From: Styela clava
Lineage: Eukaryota
NCBI RefSeq assembly: GCF_964204865.1
Contig: NC_135251.1
Location: 23,560,001-23,624,000, forward strand
Direction: 5' to 3'
Length of the DNA stretch: 64,000 nucleotides
The notes under the pieces are model-generated. The model was not told the DNA's origin, made no database searches, and saw only the letters and a list, made by a program, of their open reading frames with translations. The position numbers and the translations under genes were made by a program. Numbering within the stretch: the stretch's first letter is position 1; the number at the start of each line of letters is the position of its first letter. Below, in pieces: positions 53,321 to 64,000 of this stretch.

Positions 53321-55939
53321 TATTTATAAAAACATAACAATAGGTTTTATTTATCAATGACTTATAATTAGGGTAGGCCTACATAGGAGCTACTGTGTTA
53401 TTTTATTTATGAAAACATTCTATTTATAGCAATGACTGTAAAGCTAAACCTCTTACAGTCTTAAAAATACGCTACTTTGCAAATTTTGTATTTCAATGTA
53501 TCTTGTTCTCCAAATTTATTCTAGTAATTTCCAAATGATGCACACCTTCGCTTGGAAATTTTTCTATACAAACAGCCATTTATACATTGAATGTTTTTCT
53601 GTTTATGGAATTAAAAGATATTGCAAAGAACATGAAAAGAAGGCATAATTTTTTCACATACAGAAACCAGGAAACCTTTCATTGATATACTAAGTTTATC
53701 TGAATTGCAGCATTGTTTGTCTGTTTACTTACTAGTACTGAAAAATGTACCCTATAATTAAATAATGACATAAATTATTACAAAACCCTTAATTGACCAT
53801 TCCACATTCTGACATATGTTTTCCATTGTTGATCGCCATGTACAGATGTATGTACTGATGTAATACCAAAGTCTTATAAAACATATGAAATGTTTCCATC
53901 CATTCATCCTGCAATTAATAAAATATACGATTTCGTTAACGACGACTTCTGTAATTGAGTTGTTCTAAACTTCTGCGTGGATCTTCAACCTAAACTACGC
54001 CACATGCACCCACGAATCAGTTAAACCGCGACTGAATTATTTTAAGTTTGAAATAGGATTTGCACAGTTGCTCCAATGCAAAATCTCAGAAATTCATTAC
54101 TGCTACATAGCGACTACTAGCGAACAATTGAATTACAGACAAGGAAACCGAGAATCGGCACTGTCATTGAATCTGCTATGAAACAAAGGACTTTGAGCCA
54201 TGAGGTCGCCCTCCTCGTCAGGTTTATGATTTTACAACGCGGGAATTACCGTTTTTAAGTTGCAAACTCTTTATTATGTAAATAACTGAACTGGTATTAT
54301 GAAAAGCTCTCGCAATTGGCAGTAAGAAAGATATTTTTAACCCCAAGTTCAAGGGGTAGAATGGGTTGTCTTCAATAGACAGGCGACCTACGTATGTAAT
54401 ATATATTATCGATTGTTGTTCTTCGCTAATGGTTCCGCCAATTTTCAGTTATATTTGGTTTCCTCTCCCCCGGGATAAATGTGTAAATATACTACTATTC
54501 TATCTGTACATCGCATTAGATGCTTTTGTCTATCGTTTGCTGTTGAGCTTGTTTTATCTTTATCAAGCATTTCCTGTCAGTTGAAGCAACGGACGGACAT
54601 ACTGACATAAAGCTATAAAGCTCAACACACGGCAGTACGGTACTGACATAAAGAATGTTATAGCTTTCAACAGCAATACATTGTGCTGTTATTCACCCTT
54701 GAACCACTATCTGACCGTGGCTGTACTTAGTACTGTTTCTGAATTGTGAGTTTTTGTATCATGCAAGTGTGAAAGAAATAACTTCAGAAGATTGAGAATT
54801 AACTACTACTGTACTATGAAATCAAAAGTGATACATCACTAGAAAGAAATAGATAGATTTCAAAAACAAGCCAGAAATAATGAAAATGTATAATTAAACT
54901 ACGAACAAATACTGAAATAATTACAACGAAATACAGATTAAAATAATGAGAGAAAATAAAAAATGTAATAAACAGATAAATGAAAAATAGTTAATAAATA
55001 AAAACATGTCTTCAAGTTTCTTCCCAATTCATATTGCTTCTATAATATAGTTTTTTGTCACCAAAAATTCAGAACATCGTCGAAGTAGCTCACTCAATAA
55101 TGCACCTGCTAAACCTGTGTTATGTTTTGGTATGCAGGTATGTAGTTAACATATACATGAATACAGAAATAATGTATATACACAGTTCGACTTTTTTTTT
55201 GTTATTATTTCCTTGTTAGACTTGCTTATGGGTGCCGCTGCTCGATAACCAAATTTGGTTTCTCGCGGCTCCCCTCACCCTGAAATGCCTTTTTATTTAT
55301 TTATTGCAATTTGTATATCAAGTGTGCATTTAGTATGGTGAGAAAATAAACTACTGATTACTGATTACAGAAATAATGGACGTAAGAGATTTGACTTCTC
55401 AAAAACACTTATCATTTCTCGGCTGTGACGAAGCAAGTATTATTTCTAATATAGCATTTTCACTGTAGAAATTTCCACTAATAAGTTCCTGAATTGCTCA
55501 ACTAACCTCCATTGATTCGTATCAATATTTTCCTTGTAACATAAATTGTTTAATTTATGCGAATGTGAAATGATTTTTTTTTACCATCAATTATAAACAA
55601 GTGAATGGAATGGGGACAGGATTTTATTCCTTTACTTCTTAGCACTACAGTCTTGAAGCTAAATAATTAGTTATTATTGTTACATATAACTTTATATAGT
55701 CTGATATTTTGTCCACTTTCTAAATTTATGATTCTTTATGAAAATCCACTTATACCACCTAAATAGTGAAGTAGCAATTTAAGTTATTAAAACTCATTCT
55801 TCATTCTTGTATATTTGGAACACAAATTCAAATGAAATTTTAATGAATTAGGCTAGTAGAAGTAATAAAGACTTACCATTGGCTTATTATGCCACTTACC
55901 GGTATTAATATATTTATTACAGTATGTGGTTGTGTATAC

Positions 55940-56244
55940 CAGGGGTGCACAACTCAAATGAGGATATGTGCCAAATTTTTCAAAATAATCTTGTCGCGTG
56001 CCACGCACAATCGTTGGTATTGTAAATTAACTCCCGTAAAACAAACAAATTTCAATAATATTACATAATAACAAATATATATTTATTGAAACAATTTAAT
56101 GTCCTGAAAAACTGCTGATTTTGATATAAACGTAATATTTTAGTGTATCTCATAAATATTTTTTTTTACAAAACCATTCGTGTGCAACGTTTGAGCGTAT
56201 GGCGTGCCAAATTTGGCACGCGTGCCCTGTGTTGTGCACTCCTG
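55940..56244. mobile_element. hAT-type MITE upstream of PHTF
   Basis: TIR CAGGGGTGCACAAC / GTTGTGCACTCCTG; perfect TSD gtgtatac. Confidence 0.85.
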
Positions 56245-56720
56245 GTGTATACCATACTTCTCTGTGTTAAAATGCTGGCAGACAACAGTAACTAGGTAGT
56301 ATATATTGGCAATATCTTTTTCTTTCATTCTTGTTTACCTTTATCATCGATTTGCCAATTAATTTTTCCTGGATAATGATTAACGAAAAATCTCAAGAGA
56401 AAATTGTCATTAACTTCGTTACACATTTATATAACTAGTGAACTCTCGAAATAATGAAGTGTATTAATATGATATACGTATCTGAGCAAGGTTTTCTAAT
56501 TATTTTACTTCTTTTCATCTTGAATAATTGTCCAAAAAAGTATAGAAATTTTACTTATTTTTTCAGCTGGTAAGTGAAGATGAATGTATAAAATAGCAGG
56601 GCATTCTAGTATGCTCTGCAGCATAAACTGACAAACATCCTACTGCGGTACATTGTACAAACTATTTATTTATTCAATAATGACTGTGACGTGAAAGCTT
56701 TTGAAAAAAAAAAGTAAGCG

Positions 56721-58877
56721 ATGGATTCGATGTTGTCTTGGTACCAGCGGAAAATTGGTGCTTACGACTTGCAAATATGGGAACGTGCGGTGGAGATCCG
56801 AGAACAGCAAGACAGCGGAATGAAATCAATGGATAAAAGAAGTTCTAGTGTGAAGCCTGACCTCATCGACATTGACCTTGTTCGTGGATCAACGTTCAGC
56901 AAAAATAAGCCACAATATAGTTGGCTGGTTGTAACTTGTCAAGCTTTTATCAGAGTATCGTTCCTACCACTGTATGCTAAATGGTGGATTCAGCAGAGTA
57001 GTAAGCCGATCACATTGTTATTCTTCCTAATGTATATTCTTCAGTTTGTTGTTTTCTTCATTTACTTCAATGGAACAGAAGAGGAATTTAAATATATTTC
57101 AACTTCAGAAATAATGATGCCATCCATTGTTATGTTCTTATTGGGAAGTGTGCATTGTCATGTCGTATCCACAAATTTTCGCTTGAATGTACGAAATGAT
57201 TCTCGAAAAATGAAGAAGTCTAGAACTCTCTCTTCTGCTTTACTTGAACCTGTTGTATGCTCCTCATCAACTTCACATCAAAGTACTCTCTCCCTACTCA
57301 CCTCAACCTTCACTAATAAGGGTAAAGATAGTACAGAAAACAATAACCATTGTTCTAATGGAATAAGCAAATGCTCATCTGAACATAGTGACGCAGAGAG
57401 TGATACTCCTTTGTTAAAAGATGAAAATGTGAAATCCAGCACAGTCCACGAAAATGGAAAAATAAATGCAAGTCAAGAACAGTTGCCCATAGTGGAACAG
57501 TCTGAGGAAAGCTTGAACATTACCAATATGAAGAATGGTGATATACAGCATAAAAGTGTTGCGGACTGTGACAAATCTACTGATAATAAAAAAGACGATT
57601 TTAAATGTTTACGACAATCCAGTGTAGATAGGGAATCTGACGAAATCAGTACTGACAGTGTTGAAAATAAGAAACATGGTCGTCATGGTAATCGCCTTGA
57701 AAATCTAAATAGTACAAGTTCCAGTAGTAATTCGTCTGAACAGTCTGGTGGCTCGGATTCAGAAAGTACAAGCACAAATGACAATAAGACAAGATACAAC
57801 AAGAAAGCACGAAAAGATAATTATTCAGCAACTGTTCTGCTTCCGGGCTCTGGTCCACGTGTTGATCGAATTAGCGTAAAAATTTGGGAGTCTAATCAGT
57901 GTAAAAAGGTTCAAGCATCGTTATTGGACATTGGAGGTATTATCAGAAAAAAAGTGCAGAATGCTTTTTCGCCGAGTGATATGTTTTTCATAGGATTTTG
58001 CTTTGCGATACTGATTTCATCTATTCCTACCTTATATCGCATTTGCTTTCATCAAAATGCTAACAATAGTGCAACCAGCCACACTGGTTCAACAATGGAG
58101 TTTGTGAAAGGACTGGCGGAAAGTTTATTCATGGTTACTCATGGAAACACCACTAACTTCAAAGTCATTTTTGTTATTTATGCTACTGCAATGAAACGGT
58201 TTATCTTCAGCTTCACTTTTTTTGTTATGCTTTGTGCTGCTCATAAAACGTTTAGGCAAAGACTGTTATTTGCGAAGTATTTCAGCCACCTCACTTCATC
58301 AAGACGGGCAAAGAAATCAGACGTTCCTCATTTCAGACTTGATAAAGTGGAAAATGTTCGATTATGGCTGTCTCTGAGATCGTATCTGCGACGTCGTGGG
58401 CCACAAAGATCAGTTGACGTGATTGTTTCTTCAGCATTTTTTCTTTCTCTCTTCTTGCTTTGCTTCATATCGCTTCAGTTACTCCATGACACTGATCTAT
58501 ACCTCTCTTCTTTAATTTTCTGGGAAATGACAGCATGGTTACTTGCCTTGGCTATATTTTTACTTAATTTTATGACGATCGGTGCCCAAATTAACAGAAA
58601 ATACAGCAATACATCGATGCTGTTGACGGAGCAGATAAATTTATATTTACAAATGAAGCAGAAGCCTAATAAAAGAGAGGAATTACAGCGAGCGAACAGC
58701 GTTCTCTCAATTGCTTCAAAGCTTATAAAGGAAATAGAGATGCCGTTTAACATTTACGGTCTAGCGATGAATCCTCTCTTATATAATATCACAAGAGTGG
58801 TTGTGTTATCTGCCTTTTCAGGCGTCATCAGTGAAATACTAGGCTTCAAATTGAAGATTTGGAAGATAAAACCATGA
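56721..58877 (+). CDS. PHTF: PHTF-family multi-pass membrane protein (putative homeodomain transcription factor, PHTF1/2 homolog), intronless CDS, 718 aa
   Basis: Single ORF. N-terminal WYQRKIGAYDLQIWE..KPDLIDIDLVRGSTFSKNKP and C-terminal QRLLFAKYFSHLTSSRRAKKSDVPHFRL..WLSLRSYLRRRGPQRSVDVIVSS..LLTEQINLYL..VVLSAFSGVISEILGFKLKIWKIK are characteristic PHTF blocks. They flank a Ser/acidic low-complexity middle, and several hydrophobic segments are present. Confidence 0.95.
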   Translation: MDSMLSWYQRKIGAYDLQIWERAVEIREQQDSGMKSMDKRSSSVKPDLIDIDLVRGSTFSKNKPQYSWLVVTCQAFIRVSFLPLYAKWWIQQSSKPITLLFFLMYILQFVVFFIYFNGTEEEFKYISTSEIMMPSIVMFLLGSVHCHVVSTNFRLNVRNDSRKMKKSRTLSSALLEPVVCSSSTSHQSTLSLLTSTFTNKGKDSTENNNHCSNGISKCSSEHSDAESDTPLLKDENVKSSTVHENGKINASQEQLPIVEQSEESLNITNMKNGDIQHKSVADCDKSTDNKKDDFKCLRQSSVDRESDEISTDSVENKKHGRHGNRLENLNSTSSSSNSSEQSGGSDSESTSTNDNKTRYNKKARKDNYSATVLLPGSGPRVDRISVKIWESNQCKKVQASLLDIGGIIRKKVQNAFSPSDMFFIGFCFAILISSIPTLYRICFHQNANNSATSHTGSTMEFVKGLAESLFMVTHGNTTNFKVIFVIYATAMKRFIFSFTFFVMLCAAHKTFRQRLLFAKYFSHLTSSRRAKKSDVPHFRLDKVENVRLWLSLRSYLRRRGPQRSVDVIVSSAFFLSLFLLCFISLQLLHDTDLYLSSLIFWEMTAWLLALAIFLLNFMTIGAQINRKYSNTSMLLTEQINLYLQMKQKPNKREELQRANSVLSIASKLIKEIEMPFNIYGLAMNPLLYNITRVVVLSAFSGVISEILGFKLKIWKIKP

Positions 58878-61800
58878 TAAGTTCGTTGAGAACTTGATAA
58901 ATAAACTCAATCATTTAAAATGTTTGTTTTTTTAATTACTGGTTAAAACTGATACATAACCAAGTCGCCAATTTTTTTTCATATTCCATCTGTGATGGAG
59001 AATGCTTGTTGCAATTTATCATTGTAAATATTAATATTTAAGTGTTGTTACCTCACTGTATCATAGTATTGTATCTGTGCTTTGCTCAGTGTTCTGCTGC
59101 CAATATTTGCCTGGTGTCATATTTTAGCGATGCATAGTGCAGTGCAACATGCGTAGTTTTACCTGTTACTTTTGTTTTCTTCTAACTATCGGTATTATCT
59201 TCTTTAACATCTTATTTTTTGGTGCTTTGTTTTGTTGAATAAATTGTATGTTGGTAATTGTGGTACATTTAAGAATATGCTGCATATGAAAGATTCAGGC
59301 ATGTTCAGCACATCGCTACTTTTTAGCATTATAAGACTAATTAATTATAACTGTACAATGAAGATTCCTTGAATCACCCACTGCCTATTGAAAGGCTTGA
59401 CAAGGTTGATTGAAATGCCTGAAATACAAAACGCTCTGACATGCTCCCATTATATTTGCTTTGCATTCAGACCACTGGAAGCCCAATCCCATGACTTTTC
59501 CTAGCATTTCATTCAACCATAGATGATTGAGCCATACACACAATGAAAGTTCCTTTCTATCAATCTATTTCTATAATACTATGTTATTCCTATAAACATG
59601 AATTGGTGAGTTTGGACCACACAACAGCACTGTCTCATTGGAAAGATTTAAAATACAACATACTCAAGTTGAGAAAACACACTCTAGATCGGTTGATGCC
59701 AATTTAATTTAGAGAATTTCTCCCAAGTTACATGGCGGAAAGACAGGTAGTCGTTAACTGTTTTTGAAGGTTTTTGTCATCCAAATTCATGAACGTAATA
59801 ACTTGGATTAGATTGTGCAGGTCTGTGCAAAATATCCTATACCCGAGCCTAAAAAGAAAAACACACATAAAACAACAACATAATATCTCCAAAGAACTCG
59901 TATATTTATAGGGAAACATTTAAAAGAGAAATTTACAAGCGATACAATTTAAACCAGACCTGAAGAAATCAAATATGTAAAAGTTTTAGATAAACAAAAT
60001 TATAGAGTCCATAACTATTTATTGGTATTTTCGAAGCCTGGGCACACACTGAATTTTTTTAATACCTCTTGTGTTGAAATTAATTTTGCAAGGAGAAAAG
60101 TTTTTTAAGAGGTTAGTAGAGGACAGGTCAATAGAAAATAAGAGGTGTTACTAGAATGGAAGATTTAAGAGAGTTGGTTGGTAATAAGTATGGTACTGCC
60201 TTTGAACTATCGTTTACCAAAAACAATGAGAAAAAATCCATAAATGGTTTTGGTAGACCTAATGTATAGTAACTGAACCAAACCTGTTAACATCATATTT
60301 TAATATACAATTCAACTTTATATTTGAATCAAATGAAGGAAAAGGAGATAGAAGAATGTGAGAGAAACAAAATATACAAAAATAAAAGGTATTATTTTAC
60401 AGTAGAAGAAAGTTAATACTGATGAGTGGATATGGAAGCGTTAATGGGCATATGTATAAAACAGGGTCCTGTTTGAACAAGTTTAATCGTATTTAACAAT
60501 TCTAAGACCAATTTAACATTCTAAATTATAATTATCAACAGTAACCATACTTTTACCACATGTGAAAAAAGGGAATGACTCCCTGTAATATATATTTAAA
60601 CATATTTTCGGCACAAAAACTGTGCAAAGGACGGGTTATCTATCTTAAATAAAACTGAACGAACTTCTCATTGTGATATGAAACTCTTGAGAAATAAAAA
60701 TGCAATTTAACCAAAACTAAATCACAATAGTTGAAAATATTTCAAGCAAAAGCCACCAATAAAACAAAAAATATGCACAAAATAAAATAACCAGGCAAAA
60801 TTTTAACCAGTACTCAAAATAACAAACAAAAAAGGGCATAACAGTGACAAATGAGAATATCAATATGCACAAGTTAATAAGCATATAATATGGCTAAAAA
60901 TTTATAGTACGAGACAGAAAACGAAGATGAAAAGGAAAACGTTTTTGATATATTTTTTTCAATGCTGGCCAGTTTTTATATCAATTAATTACCAGAATAC
61001 TCACTAAATTTAGTTTAATTCAAGATTAAAGAAGTGTCTCTTTCAGTATCTAATCATCAATTTTCAATCATTGCTGGAACAGTTAGAAACCACAAAAATT
61101 TCCCTTTCAGCCAATAATTGCCAGCTAGGGCATTTCTCCCTACTTTTTTTAATGTAGTTTTAGTTACCTTACTTTGATGCAATAGATTTAATTCAAAAAT
61201 GAACTTTAAACAAATCAAATAGAACTACCGACACACTATAACATAAATGAAACCCTCAAAAACCATTCAATTTTGCTACAGAAAAGTTAAACAAAACTAT
61301 AATCAACAAAAACAATTCAATAAAACACTCAAAAAGGCAGTAATTAAACCATTGCACCATACTATAGCATTCATAAATATAAATTCACTCCTTTGATTGA
61401 AAATGTGATTGCGTTCTGGAACTTGCATGAACTATAATATTTAATTGAGTTGATAAAGGTAAAAAGATCTTTGGCCGGTACATCATTTGGTTCCTTACAT
61501 TTTTTACTGTCATTATGAACCTCACAATGGAAATAGAGTTTAATGAAAAACACAATCAACTTACCCTGTAAAGTAAAATCTAATACTGAATTTTTTTAAA
61601 TATTGTCGTAACAAACTTCAGCATATTCCATCGTAGACAATCATAAAAATAAAGAAAAAAAAATTAGATCCAAAAAATCTCTACTGGACATGATCCTATG
61701 GATCATTTTGCTGAAAAAGTCACTTTTCCCGCCTTAAAAATGTTTAGTACTTGGGGATGTAAAAAGTTGTTTTCAAATGTCCTACGAGCCTGAATATTTC

Positions 61801-62810
61801 GCCCCAAATTATAATATTTTCCATAATCGACACCTTCATATAACATTGGATGCAATTCTATTAATATTTGGCTGGAATTTAGACTGTGCAGTGACCATGT
61901 TAGCCATTTAAATTAGCAATGTTCTCTTGTTGGAAGTGGTCTATTTTTATCATGGTTGCCAACAAACTAAATATGATCCCAAATTCAGAATAGAATAATT
62001 CTGAACATGATTGTAATAATGACTTTCATGCAAGATTGTCTAGGAATATATAAAACCAGAATGGAACAATTTAGTAAAATTTAGAGTATCAACTGAAACC
62101 ATTCCTAACAAAATATAATAGGATTTCTTTCCACAGCTTGAGCATTTTTCTGTCTTTCGAATATCCAACATCAAAAAAATCGAAACACAAATGCAAAAAA
62201 TATATGTACAGAACAGGTAAATTTAGACACAAGTAACCAACTAATTTAGTAATCAGTAAAGTATTCTATATAATTTTCGAGATCATTGTCAAGATCAAGA
62301 AGCAACGTTTGGATCGATAGATAGTTAAGGCACATTATGAGTAGCTAACTCTGTTTACTAAAATTTCGATATAACCCCAGGTAGATAGATACACAGTTGT
62401 GTTTTTCAGGATATTGAAAATCAGTGCCGACACGGGATGAGTTGACGATCACTGCTATCCTTCTGCCCGGGTTTTCTATCTCTTCTTTCTTGACTTTCCC
62501 TCCATTGCGAGGCAAAGCACCCTTTTCTTACATACATGGAATCTAAAATTATATGAAAAAGCATTAAAGATCAATATGATACTCAGTTTATTACGGTACA
62601 TCCTGGGTGAGGTAGAGTGCATGGGATATGAACCCAAGATGTGTAACCTGCGACAAGTTGAGTCTTAATATTTTACACACTCGGCCGATGTGTCTATTCA
62701 CATAATCATTACTTAAAGTGTTCATGTGACATACAAATATGTGTTCAAAAACGCCATTTGGTCGTTATAAAAAATAAATCAATTCTTACTTACAAATTGA
62801 AAATAGAAAA

Positions 62811-63995
62811 TCAGTCCGGGAATCTCTGACAAGCCTTTTTCCACCGGCATGCTGTACACCACATATCACGGTTTTCCATCCCATACACCTTGCGACATTT
62901 CTTACCATCACCTCGTACTTTTCTGGAATCAGAAAATTAATATATTATATATTGGGTCATCTACTACGACTATATCAACCGCATATCAAAATGGGAACTA
63001 GATAATTATTGCGGTGCGGATGCCAAAATAAAAATCATATATTCTGAGACAAAAGTTTTTAAAAACGAAGACAATGATTTTGTCCCACAAAATATATTCT
63101 TACCTTCCCGTTGTCATTGTCTTTGGTGACATCTTTGGAGATGCTGCCTGATGCAAATGCTGTCTTTGCATGAATAAGGATGGCTTCGGCGAGTACTAAA
63201 AATAAAACAATATAAATTCATTATTTTATTGGGTTTTCTTAAAATGTAGAAATAATGCAATATTAATCAACAATGCAAACCTAACAGAAACTGTTCATGA
63301 ACATTCATTCTTAGTGGAATGTATTATACATTATTCTATTCCATCTAGTGTGAAACTGACAAGGAACCTATAGCATCGTCCCAGGGCCATGGGTGAAGAT
63401 GGTTAGCCCACCTGTACTATAAATGAGTGTGGCATGGCAAGTATCGTATTTGCTTCTAGCTCTGGCAGGGGCAAACCACGCCCCGTTGAATAATTCAATT
63501 TGGCCCGCCCAACGCTGCCACAACCAAACTAAAACCAAATTTTGACGTTTTAGCTAAAAAAATAGCTCAAGGAATTTGTTGAGATTGCAATCAAATTTAG
63601 TTTCGGCATGGGGCTTATTGTTATCCACTTTTGCTTTCGTTACACTGTAAATACGTCACACTTACATGGTCCGCCAGTCTAGGTGGAAAATTTTTTCGGC
63701 CTCTGGTCCAAAAACCCTTCCCACCCCTGTATCTAGCTTGTTATTCACTCCGCTTGTGGTACCCGACCCATCAAACAACTTTCACTATTATTCCTCAAAT
63801 ACTCACACTCCGCGGATCACCCAAAGTATTGTGCCAAGAGAATGCATCAATTCCAGAAATATTTATCGGTTGAGCAGGAGATTTGATGACCGGCATACGG
63901 ACAGAGTGAGATGGACCAACTAACTTCGATCCTTGATAAGGAGTATCAATTACTGATGCTGGTTCATTTCGGGCAGCTAATGGTGATGGTGCACG
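62811..63995 (-). CDS. ZNF704: ZNF704/ZNF395/SLC2A4RG-family C-clamp transcription factor, last three coding exons (5' part beyond the right edge)
   Basis: Exons 63807-63995 ([21 protein letters not shown]), 63104-63195 ([12 protein letters not shown]) and 62811-62922 splice in frame, ending [37 protein letters not shown]. This is the C-clamp (CR3) signature of ZNF704/ZNF395. It is absent from the ORF track. Which vertebrate paralog it corresponds to cannot be resolved. Confidence 0.9.
63466..63729. mobile_element. Degraded hAT-type MITE in a ZNF704-like intron
   Basis: CAGGGG...CCCCTG ends and GGCCCGC subterminal motifs like the 42.4-kb copy; TSD not preserved. Confidence 0.6.
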
Positions 63996-64000
63996 CTGAA

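Noticed and set aside
57646-58753. Antisense ORFs inside PHTF (57646-57858, 58475-58753)
   Set aside because: Shadow frames of the PHTF CDS with no recognisable motifs.
63666-63732. Possible ZNF704-like exon, and the plus-strand ORFs at 63631-63923
   Set aside because: The length is not a multiple of 3 and it lies in a MITE end; the flanking exons join in frame without it. The plus-strand ORFs are antisense to the real exon and MITE.
1-64000. Prokaryotic HKD-nuclease defence systems or CRISPR arrays
   Set aside because: The HKD motifs sit in spliced eukaryotic PX-PH PLD genes, and no regularly spaced repeat-spacer array was seen.

Overview
AT-rich, intron-rich animal genomic DNA. Chordate-like proteins, short introns and mosaic CpG depletion suggest an invertebrate chordate such as an ascidian (inference, not verified). 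Manual splicing of the minus strand gives a tandem array of three PX-PH phospholipase D (PLD1/2 family) genes. PLD-C is a conserved, canonical copy (CDS 51689->22908, 27 exons, about 1117 aa). PLD-B (17545->7804, 23 exons, about 894 aa) and PLD-A (5800->beyond the left edge) are compact, fast-diverged paralogs that keep the visible HKD catalytic motifs and the palmitoylation CC pair but have remodelled regulatory motifs. Head-to-head with PLD-C is a PHTF gene with an intronless 718-aa CDS (56721-58877, +). Convergent with PHTF is the 3' end of a ZNF704/ZNF395-family C-clamp transcription factor (-). Introns and intergenic DNA carry hAT-type MITEs with 8-bp TSDs, TA-flanked TIR elements, tRNA-derived SINEs and a decayed LINE endonuclease. 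No prokaryotic systems, CRISPR arrays or intact RNA genes were seen. All exon coordinates were derived by hand.
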